The translations under genes and the position numbers were made by a program. Positions 46,736 to 54,364 of a DNA stretch of 54,364 bases are shown here, in pieces. The stretch spans positions 1 through 54,364 of the forward strand of contig JABIBU010000001.1 in NCBI GenBank assembly GCA_018652595.1, given 5' to 3'. Below the pieces are notes generated by a model. That model did not search any database and was not told the DNA's origin. It was given only the letters and a program-made list of their open reading frames with translations. Position 1 is the first letter of the stretch. Every line of letters begins with the position of its first letter. The stretch comes from Candidatus Magasanikiibacteriota bacterium. GTDB lineage: Bacteria; Patescibacteriota; Patescibacteriia; Magasanikbacterales; UBA922.

Positions 46736-48259
46736 ATGAAAAAAGGTCTAATATCCTTAATTTTGGTAACCTTTGTTTTTGCTCCGGTTCTTGCATTGGC
46801 TCAAGCGGAGACTGCATTTGATGAGATACCAGAAGAAGAAAAAATGATTGAACCGATTATTACAGCAGAGGAATTTGTTCGAGTGGACAAGAAGCTTATT
46901 TTGGATGCATTTCAGTCTTTGGTAAACAAAGATATTTCTGGGACCGCTATATATACTTGGCAGTTTGGTGATGGTTTTTATGAATCAGCTGAGCAGGTCG
47001 TACATCAGTATTCAAAAGTTGGTACATATACTATCACCCTTACCATGAGACAGGGTGAGGAGACAGAAGAGGTGACAAAGGATATCTTTGTTTATGATAA
47101 AAAAGCCTTGCTCGTAACAGACAAATCAAAGGAAGAGGAGTTGACACTAATAGATGAGCAAGCCAGAGAGAACGGTGTAGGTTTGCAGACCTTGTCACTG
47201 CTCTCAAAGGACGGTGGTTTTTTGGCTGAAGATAAATTATTACAACAAATTAATGAACTAAGCGATTATATAAATGATTCGGACTTGCTGATCTTTTATA
47301 GTAGGTCCGCTACTGGTTTGCAGGTTTTTAGTCGGTTTTTTCAGGGTCTAAAGGCGGAAGACAAAAAAATTATTGCCAATAAATTTATTACTGTTTTGAC
47401 CGATACCAGTATGGATGTGACAGGTAATTTTGCATATCAGGCTTTCAAAATTATTCAACCAGATTTTATACTCCTTAGTCGTCCAGAGGCTTTTGGTCCG
47501 CTTTTTTCAGAAAAAGATTATGATGCTCTGCCTGACATCTTGCGTAGTCGAGGAGTAGAGTATAGGATGGTAGATGAAAAAGAAGAAAAAAATCCAGTAT
47601 TTGTCTTTTCTCATCTTAGTACTTGGCTTTTGAGTCGTGGTATTACACCTAGTACTATTTATTTGATACTGATGATTCCTTTCCTTAGTTTTTTTGTGAT
47701 ATTTTTTAGACAAGTCGTGGGTTTGAGTACATTTGGTGTGTATACCCCAATTATGATAGTGGCATCGTTTTTTATTCTAGGTATCGCATTGGGGCTTATC
47801 ACTTTTCTTTTTGCTGTAGTAACTAGTTATGCTGTGAAGCATATTATTAATAAATTTGATTTATTATATTTACCAAAAGTTGGTTTGAATCTGAGTGTTG
47901 TGTCCCTTTCATTTTTGTTGGTAATAGTTTTGGCAATTTTACTTGATTTCAATGTCTCCTTTTCTTTGGCAATATTCCCGATGCTTGTGATGTCCAATGT
48001 GGCAGAAAAGTTTATGGCAGCGCAGACCGAAGAAGGTTTTCGCGGAGCTTTGTTTGGTGTAATTGAGACTTTGGTGGTAGTGGTGGTATCATACTATATT
48101 ATAATCTGGCATTATTTTAATAATCTTATAATGTCTTGGCCAGAGCTTATACTGTTGCCAATGCTTTTGACTTTGCTTTTGGCCAAGTTTAGTGGTCTTA
48201 GACTTAGTGAGTATTTACGCTTTAGAAGCTTATTTTCTGAACACGCAGAAGAAGAATAA
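46736..48259 (+). CDS. PKD-domain protein with a C-terminal 7TM (7TM_transglut-like) domain
   Basis: Signal peptide, YTWQFGDG..HQY...GTY (PKD); RQVVGLSTFGVYTP, IFPMLVMS..AEKF, GLRLSEYLRFR. Confidence 0.85.
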   Translation: MKKGLISLILVTFVFAPVLALAQAETAFDEIPEEEKMIEPIITAEEFVRVDKKLILDAFQSLVNKDISGTAIYTWQFGDGFYESAEQVVHQYSKVGTYTITLTMRQGEETEEVTKDIFVYDKKALLVTDKSKEEELTLIDEQARENGVGLQTLSLLSKDGGFLAEDKLLQQINELSDYINDSDLLIFYSRSATGLQVFSRFFQGLKAEDKKIIANKFITVLTDTSMDVTGNFAYQAFKIIQPDFILLSRPEAFGPLFSEKDYDALPDILRSRGVEYRMVDEKEEKNPVFVFSHLSTWLLSRGITPSTIYLILMIPFLSFFVIFFRQVVGLSTFGVYTPIMIVASFFILGIALGLITFLFAVVTSYAVKHIINKFDLLYLPKVGLNLSVVSLSFLLVIVLAILLDFNVSFSLAIFPMLVMSNVAEKFMAAQTEEGFRGALFGVIETLVVVVVSYYIIIWHYFNNLIMSWPELILLPMLLTLLLAKFSGLRLSEYLRFRSLFSEHAEEE

Positions 48260-48261
48260 TT

Positions 48262-50625
48262 ATGAAAAAGATATCCTTTATAGAAAAAGCTAGTGGAATA
48301 TTGGGAATGAACGCCCGTAATCTTTTGTATGTGGGTAGATACAATACTCGTGCGAGTAAAAAATTTGCGGATGATAAAATCTTTACAAAAAACTATCTTA
48401 ACTCTCGTGGAGTGGGTGTGGCTAAGATCTTTAATATAATCAAGAACCATAAGGAGCTCAGGACTTTTGATCCAAAAAGTTTACCAGATAGTTTTGTGAT
48501 AAAACCAAATCGTGGTTTTGGGGGAGAGGGAATAACCGTTATTGGTTCAAAAAAGGGAAATAAGTTTGTTAGCGTTAATGGTATTGAATATACTTGGCGT
48601 GATTTGTATCGTCAGCTCATTGCAATTTTGGATGGTAAGTACGCTATATCTGGTCTGTCCGATCAGGTCATTATAGAAGAGATGCTTATAATGCATGATA
48701 GTTTCAAGCGATTTACTTCGGTAGGTTTGCCTGATGTGCGTATTATCGTTTTCAACTATGTACCTATTATTGCAATGTTGCGTTTGCCTACAGAGGAGTC
48801 TGGTGGAAAAGCAAATCTGCATATGGGTGCAGTGGGTGTTGGAATTGATATTGCCACTGGCAAGGCTACATATGCTGTCCAGCGTAACAAATTTATTCAT
48901 CGCCTGCCAAATGGTGAAAAAATACGCGATATTCAGGTTCCCAATTGGAATGAGGTTTTGTTGACCGCTGCTCGAGCTCAGCATGCTAGTCAGATTGGTT
49001 TTTTGGCAGTCGACATTGTTATTACCACGACTGGTGTAAAAATTTTGGAACTCAATGCTAGGGCAGGACTTTCGGTACAGATTGCAAATCAGATTCCATT
49101 AAAAGCCAGACTAAAAAAGGTAGCAGATCTAAAAGTGCCTAGCCCAGAAAAAGGGGTAGAGGTCAGCAAGACCTTGTTTAGCTCTAATTTGCCAGAAGAA
49201 AAAAAAGAAGAAAAAAAAGAAGACAAGCCAACCATAGGGCTTTTTGAGTATATCAATGTCTTGAATACAAAGCATAAAAATTTGCTCGCAAAAATTGATC
49301 CTCATGCAGAAGATTCTTATCTAGATGATAGGTTTGATAATATAAAAAGTAAGGCTGGTTTTGTAGATATAAAAATGAAGCAAAGGAGAATTACTCTACC
49401 GCTAAAGTTCAAAGATCTGCAATCAGAAAAAGCCGATCTTATTATTGCTGGACGACATTTGACCGACTTTGTAATTGATCTAAATTTGAAGCAACCTCCG
49501 AAATTAAAAATAACAAATAAAAAAACAGACGAAGGTGCAGATGAAAAGATGATTCAAAATATTGATAAAAAGATTTTTGAGATTGAGAGTAAAATAAATA
49601 CAATTGGTGCTATTAGGCCGACTAATTTGGATCAGGAAAAAGCAAACTTTTTGGCAGACCCTACCAAGTCGCCAGTGTTTTTTTATAAAAAACCAGTAGA
49701 GAGTATTGAACAGCACAAACGCGAATTAAAGTCATTGCCTAGAGAGATTGATCATCCGCTGGCAAAAATTTATTTGAAAAAAATAGATGAAGTTAGAGCT
49801 AAATTGGATTTGATGGAAGCTGTGGATTCATCTAGATTCCAAGCTATTTCAGAGCGCCTTTATGGTAAGGCCGATAAACTGCTTTATGATAAGGCGGTTC
49901 GTTATATTCATGACAACCCTATTGAAGTAGATGAAAGCAAGATGTTAAGTACAAAAATAATTATAAAGCGGTTGGAGAAATTTTTAAAGGACAAAAAATT
50001 ATCAAAATGGAAATTGGTTTTGCGCGAAGATGCTACAGCTGATATAGCCGTTAATAAGAGTGGTACTATATTTTTGAGAGACGGGGTAGAATTTAGTGAA
50101 AATAGACTAAAGGCTATTATCGCTCATGAAATAGAGACTCATGTCTATCGATTGGAAAATGGACGCGAACAAAAGTATAAGATTTTTGAAAAAGGAACTG
50201 CGGGGTACCTTACTACCGAAGAAGGGTTGGCAATTTATAATCAAAAACAGTTGGGTATTCCTTTGGGTGAAAAAGATATTTGGCCAGCCTTGCGCGTGAT
50301 TGGGGCTTATTTGGCGGATGAGATGAGTTTTGTAGACTTGTTTCACTATATGAAGGAACACTATAGTTTGGATGATGAGTCGGCGTGGAAGACATGTGTA
50401 AAAGCAAAGAGAGGATTATCAGACACTTCGCAAAAACAAGCTTTTACCAGAGATGTAATTTATTTCCGTGGATTTTTGGCTGTGACAGAGTATTTGAAGC
50501 AAAATCCAGAAGAGGGGTTACACAACTTATATATTGGAAAGCTTGCTATAGTTGATCTACAGCTTTTGGGTGATTTGAAGGAGTATAAGGTGAAGTATAT
50601 GCCAGAAGAGATATTGAAGGAGTAG
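48262..50625 (+). CDS. ATP-grasp peptide ligase (alpha-L-glutamate ligase-like) fused to a degenerate aspartyl-protease-like domain and a DUF1704/MATCAP-like metallocarboxypeptidase
   Basis: ILGMNARN, ADDK, FVIKPN.G.GGEGI, PDVRIIV, AMLRLPT..S.GKANLH.GA, LELNAR.GL..QIAN; IG..E...AKID; AHEIETH...N and TEEGLA, FTRD..Y.RG. Confidence 0.85.
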   Translation: MKKISFIEKASGILGMNARNLLYVGRYNTRASKKFADDKIFTKNYLNSRGVGVAKIFNIIKNHKELRTFDPKSLPDSFVIKPNRGFGGEGITVIGSKKGNKFVSVNGIEYTWRDLYRQLIAILDGKYAISGLSDQVIIEEMLIMHDSFKRFTSVGLPDVRIIVFNYVPIIAMLRLPTEESGGKANLHMGAVGVGIDIATGKATYAVQRNKFIHRLPNGEKIRDIQVPNWNEVLLTAARAQHASQIGFLAVDIVITTTGVKILELNARAGLSVQIANQIPLKARLKKVADLKVPSPEKGVEVSKTLFSSNLPEEKKEEKKEDKPTIGLFEYINVLNTKHKNLLAKIDPHAEDSYLDDRFDNIKSKAGFVDIKMKQRRITLPLKFKDLQSEKADLIIAGRHLTDFVIDLNLKQPPKLKITNKKTDEGADEKMIQNIDKKIFEIESKINTIGAIRPTNLDQEKANFLADPTKSPVFFYKKPVESIEQHKRELKSLPREIDHPLAKIYLKKIDEVRAKLDLMEAVDSSRFQAISERLYGKADKLLYDKAVRYIHDNPIEVDESKMLSTKIIIKRLEKFLKDKKLSKWKLVLREDATADIAVNKSGTIFLRDGVEFSENRLKAIIAHEIETHVYRLENGREQKYKIFEKGTAGYLTTEEGLAIYNQKQLGIPLGEKDIWPALRVIGAYLADEMSFVDLFHYMKEHYSLDDESAWKTCVKAKRGLSDTSQKQAFTRDVIYFRGFLAVTEYLKQNPEEGLHNLYIGKLAIVDLQLLGDLKEYKVKYMPEEILKE

Positions 50626-50645
50626 CTAGTTTATAAGATTTAAAC

Positions 50646-50672
50646 AAAAAAACCACTAAGGGTGGTTTTTTT
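50646..50672 (+). terminator. Terminator
   Basis: aaaaaaaccac-taagg-gtggttttttt. Confidence 0.75.
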
Positions 50673-50726
50673 GTTTGTGTTATATATGCTATAATGAATA
50701 TAGATATTATTCTGTTTATTATATAT

Positions 50727-52094
50727 ATGAAAAATAAAATTCACAAAAAAGCATACGTTGTGGCAGTAGACATGGGCTATGGTCATCAGCGAGCAGCCGA
50801 ACCTTTGCGTGATATTGCGACAGCACCAGAATTTATGGGGGGAGGCGAAGGGTATATTATCAATGCCAATAAGTATGCTGGTATTCCAAATTCTGATACA
50901 AGAAAGTGGGAAGGTGGTCGTAAGGTTTATGAGCGGATTTCACGTATGAAGCATTTGCCAATTGTGGGTGAATGGGTTTTTGGTATTTTAAATTATATTC
51001 AGAGAATTGAGCCATTTTATCCCAAGCGTGATTTGTCTGGTAGTACCTTGCAATTGAAGCAAATATATAAATGGATAAGAAAAGGTTGGGGAAAAGATTT
51101 GATAGAAAAATTAAATAAAAAGCCCTTGCCATTTATTGCTACTTTTTTTACTCCAGCATTTTTTGCTGAAGAACATGGTTATAAAGGTGAAATTTATTGT
51201 ATTTGTACCGATACAGATATTTCTAGAGCGTGGGCGCCACTAGAACCAGCCAAGACCAAAATAAAATATTTGGCCCCCAATCGTCGAGTCAAAGAACGTT
51301 TGCAAGAGTATGGTGTTCCAGCTAAACAAATTTTTGTGACAGGTTTTCCTTTACCCAAAGAAAATATTGGTGGTAAGAGTTTAAAAATTTTAAAACAAAG
51401 CATTGCTTCTAGAATTGCCAACCTTGATCCAGAAAAAAAATATCGCAAAAAATATCGCAAAACCATTGAACAGTTTTTGGGCGCTGAGTATTGCGATGAA
51501 AGTTGCATAGTAGAGCATCCATTGACTATTACTTTTGCAGTTGGTGGGGCTGGAGCACAAAGAGAGTTGGGGGTAGAGATTTTGACTAGCTTACGAGATT
51601 ATATTGACAAAGGTAAAATAAGACTGAATTTGGTGGCGGGTACTCACAATGATGTCTATCTTTATTATCAAAAGCATATAAAGAAGTTAGGATTATTAAA
51701 AAAACAAAATGGTCATGTAAATGTTTTGTATGCCAATAATAAATGGGAATATTTTACAGCCTTTAATCAATTACTATTGACTACTGATTTGCTCTGGACC
51801 AAGCCAAGTGAGCTGTCTTTTTATACTGGTCTAGGTATACCAATTATAATGGCACCGCCAATTGGTGCTCAAGAAGATTATAATCGTGCCTGGTTGGATT
51901 CAGTGGGTGGCGGTGTGGATCAGTTGGATCCCAAGTTCGCCAATGAATGGCTTTTTGATTGGCTAAAGTCTGGCTGGCTAGCAGAGGCTGCTATGGAAGG
52001 ATTTCTCGATGCGCCCAGAAATGGTGCTTATCATGTAGAAGAAGTGGTGTTGAAGGGCAAGAGGAGTGAGATTGAGGATTTGCACTTATTGTAA
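50727..52094 (+). CDS. GT-B fold glycosyltransferase-like protein (MGDG synthase-like)
   Basis: Likely start MKNK at 50727; MGYGHQRAA, TD...RAW, VTGFP, DLLWTKPSE, GIP....P.G.QE..N. Confidence 0.75.
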   Translation: MKNKIHKKAYVVAVDMGYGHQRAAEPLRDIATAPEFMGGGEGYIINANKYAGIPNSDTRKWEGGRKVYERISRMKHLPIVGEWVFGILNYIQRIEPFYPKRDLSGSTLQLKQIYKWIRKGWGKDLIEKLNKKPLPFIATFFTPAFFAEEHGYKGEIYCICTDTDISRAWAPLEPAKTKIKYLAPNRRVKERLQEYGVPAKQIFVTGFPLPKENIGGKSLKILKQSIASRIANLDPEKKYRKKYRKTIEQFLGAEYCDESCIVEHPLTITFAVGGAGAQRELGVEILTSLRDYIDKGKIRLNLVAGTHNDVYLYYQKHIKKLGLLKKQNGHVNVLYANNKWEYFTAFNQLLLTTDLLWTKPSELSFYTGLGIPIIMAPPIGAQEDYNRAWLDSVGGGVDQLDPKFANEWLFDWLKSGWLAEAAMEGFLDAPRNGAYHVEEVVLKGKRSEIEDLHLL

Positions 52095-52131
52095 TTTGAA
52101 AACAATTTTAAATTAATTAATTTAAAAAAAC

Positions 52132-53040
52132 ATGAGTTGGTTTTTAATAGCAATTTTGGGCTATGTTTTCTTAGCTATTGTCTTCATACTCGACAAAGTC
52201 GTAGTTAGTCAGTCCAAAGTAAAACCGGTGGTCTATACCTTTTATTCCACGATTTTTATGTTTGGGGCACTTGTCGCCCTGCCTTTTGTGGGTTGGGGTA
52301 TTTTGAGTGGATTGGATTGGTGGTGGGCTGTTGTGTCTGGTGTAGCTTTTGGATTGGCGCTCCTCACTTTTTATAAGGCAATACAGCATGGAGAAATTAG
52401 TCATATTGGACCATTCAATGGTGCTGCTATTACAGTCTTTTTATATATAACTGGCTATTATTTTTTGGCAGAAAAATTATCCACAACACAGATTATTGGA
52501 ATTGTTATTTTAATTCTATCTTCACTTTTGTTGGCATTTGAAAAGTCTAGAAAACACAGTGGTTTTCATGTTGGTTTTGTTTGGGCTATTGTTTCGGCGC
52601 TTTTGTTTGCTATATCACACACTAGTGCCAAGTATTTGTATGGAATATATTCATTTGAGATAGCTTTTATTTGGACGAGGGCTACCACAGGTTTGGTTGG
52701 CTTGTTTCTTTTATTTTTTCCATCTGTTAGAAAGACGTTTAAGAGAAAAAAGAACACAAAAAAAACTTATGCTGGGCGCCATGCTGTTGGTTTGGTAATA
52801 ACAGATAAGGTTTTGGGAGTTTTGTCTGTTGTCTGTATCCAGTATGCTATAGCTTTGGGTAGCCCGACATTGGTCCAAGCTTTGAGTGGTTTGCAGTTTG
52901 TCCTAATGTTTGTGTTTATTTATGTTCTAACTAAAATTTTACCTAGAGTTTTCAAGGAGTATTTTACCAAGAAGGAATTGAAGATAGAGTTTGTGGCAAT
53001 TTTATTGGTGTTGGTAGGTTCAGCCCTACTTGTTTTGTGA
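52132..53040 (+). CDS. DMT/EamA family transporter
   Basis: About 10 TMs; A.V.ILDK, YKAIQHGEIS, LAEKLS. Confidence 0.85.
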   Translation: MSWFLIAILGYVFLAIVFILDKVVVSQSKVKPVVYTFYSTIFMFGALVALPFVGWGILSGLDWWWAVVSGVAFGLALLTFYKAIQHGEISHIGPFNGAAITVFLYITGYYFLAEKLSTTQIIGIVILILSSLLLAFEKSRKHSGFHVGFVWAIVSALLFAISHTSAKYLYGIYSFEIAFIWTRATTGLVGLFLLFFPSVRKTFKRKKNTKKTYAGRHAVGLVITDKVLGVLSVVCIQYAIALGSPTLVQALSGLQFVLMFVFIYVLTKILPRVFKEYFTKKELKIEFVAILLVLVGSALLVL

Positions 53041-53060
53041 CGTAATACTAAACTATGTTT

Positions 53061-53218
53061 ATAGATACACAGATCTAACGAATTAAACTAATTTGAACGG
53101 ATTTATATATATTAAAAAATTCGTTATTATCCGTTAAATCAGTTTAATCCGTGTATCTGTAAACAATCTATCACGAAATTTGGTTATATTTGATTTTATA
53201 ATTCGTAATTCGTAATTC
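53061..53218. repeat. Intergenic palindromic element related to 2590-2680, plus a TAATTCG heptamer tail
   Basis: atagatacacagat...aactaattt and atccgttaaatcagtttaatccgtgtatct blocks; taattcgtaattcgtaattc. Confidence 0.7.
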
Positions 53219-53219
53219 T

Positions 53220-54227
53220 GTGGTAAAAAAACACATACTATTATTTATACTCGTCGACATAATTATCGTACTAGTCGTATTTTATGTTGCTCTGTGGGCT
53301 ATTAGTTTCAAAAAATATCCAGTTGACTATGGTATTAGTTTTAATATTAACCATGCCAAGAGTTTAGATTTGGATTGGAAAGAGACATATTTGGCAATGT
53401 TGGACGATTTACAGCCCAAATATATTAGAATTTCGGCAACTTGGAGTGACGCTGAGGGTGTACGCGATTTGTTTGATTCAACGAATGTAGATTGGATGAT
53501 GCTTGAGGCCGGAAAAAGAAAGACCCGTGTGATTTTGGCAATTGGTCAAAAGGCACCACGTTGGCCAGAGTGCCATGTGCCTGATTGGACAAATGATTTA
53601 GAACAAGAAGAATATAGACAAGAATTAAAAAACTATGTGAGATATGTGGTAGAGCGTTATCGCAACCATCCTGCTTTAGATATTTGGCAGGTTGAAAATG
53701 AACCATTTATAAATTTTAGATTTGGCGATTGCGAACATTTCGATGAGGGGGTAGTAAAAGATGAGATTGAACTAGTTCAATCTTTGGATTCACAACACAA
53801 AGTATTAACAACTGACAGTGGTGAGCTCAGCACTTGGCGCAAGGCAATTGGGGCTGGAGATATTTTTGGTACGACAGTTTATCGGATTGTTATGACACCA
53901 AATGGGTTTTATTGGAATTATGATTGGTTACCAGCTGGATTTTACAAATTAAAATATAAGTTTTGGTTTCCTGGAGACAAACCATTTATTGTTTCGGAAC
54001 TGCAAGCAGAGCCATGGTTTACAGGCGAGGGTGCTGTATATACACCTGTTGAGGTTCAAGAAAAAAGTATGGATCCAGAAAGACTTCAAAAACATTTTGA
54101 TTTTGTAGAGAGAATGGGAGTGTCACGTGCGTATCTTTGGGGAGTGGAGTGGTGGTATTTTATGAAGGAAGTAAATGATGATGAGAGATATTGGGAGATG
54201 GTAAAACTAAAAATAAAGCAGATTTGA
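53220..54227 (+). CDS. Membrane-anchored clan GH-A glycoside hydrolase (GH5/GH42-like)
   Basis: N-terminal TM; GQKAPRWPECH.P.W, WQVENEP (acid/base), SELQAEPW (nucleophile), LWG.EWW. Confidence 0.8.
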   Translation: MVKKHILLFILVDIIIVLVVFYVALWAISFKKYPVDYGISFNINHAKSLDLDWKETYLAMLDDLQPKYIRISATWSDAEGVRDLFDSTNVDWMMLEAGKRKTRVILAIGQKAPRWPECHVPDWTNDLEQEEYRQELKNYVRYVVERYRNHPALDIWQVENEPFINFRFGDCEHFDEGVVKDEIELVQSLDSQHKVLTTDSGELSTWRKAIGAGDIFGTTVYRIVMTPNGFYWNYDWLPAGFYKLKYKFWFPGDKPFIVSELQAEPWFTGEGAVYTPVEVQEKSMDPERLQKHFDFVERMGVSRAYLWGVEWWYFMKEVNDDERYWEMVKLKIKQI

Positions 54228-54241
54228 TCGCTGGTTTACTA

Positions 54242-54270
54242 TTGACATTTTTTTTGATATCTTGTATAAT
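54242..54270 (+). promoter_or_regulatory. Consensus sigma70 promoter for tRNA-Val
   Basis: TTGACA-N17-TATAAT. Confidence 0.9.
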
Positions 54271-54287
54271 ATTTTCACAAATAAAAA

Positions 54288-54364
54288 GCGCGCCTAGCTC
54301 AGTTGGTTAGAGCACCTCGTTTACACCGAGGGGGTCAGGGGTTCGAATCCCTTGGCGCGCACCA
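54288..54364 (+). tRNA. tRNA-Val (TAC)
   Basis: GCGCGCC/GGCGCGC acceptor stem, ctcg-ttTACac-cgag, GGTTCGAATCC, encoded CCA. Confidence 0.96.

Noticed and set aside
1-54364. Alternative genetic code (UGA=Gly, code 25)
   Set aside because: Conserved genes are full length under code 11, and TGA ends ORFs at plausible positions (for example 17022 and 53040).

Overview
This is an AT-rich bacterial chromosome segment using genetic code 11. Gene content, GAGC-type lipoboxes, core genes without Shine-Dalgarno (SD) sites and the surface-protein types suggest a Patescibacteria/CPR organism, probably ABY1/Magasanikbacteria-like (inference). Housekeeping content: tsaD (partial), tsaB, rplJ-rplL with an L10 leader, mreB, holB, frr, glyQS behind a T-box-like leader, tpiA, mutM, mscS, rpmG, msrBA and six tRNAs (Glu, Thr x2, Tyr, Trp, Val). 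Main points of interest: (1) a complete de novo NAD operon with an NMN adenylyltransferase (NadM)-NadA fusion; (2) a LOG/SLOG + divergent NAPRT-like + P-loop kinase module; (3) a GIY-YIG nuclease flanked by two hairpin-interrupted copies of the adjacent tRNA-Thr 5' end; (4) two tandem cassettes with homologous promoter/leader and an identical 98-bp structured trailer but unrelated ORFs; (5) a PKD-7TM gene followed by an ATP-grasp ligase fused to a MATCAP/DUF1704-like carboxypeptidase; (6) several families of short palindromic and heptamer repeats, some inserted in frame in proteins. All family assignments come from reading motifs by eye; no searches were run.
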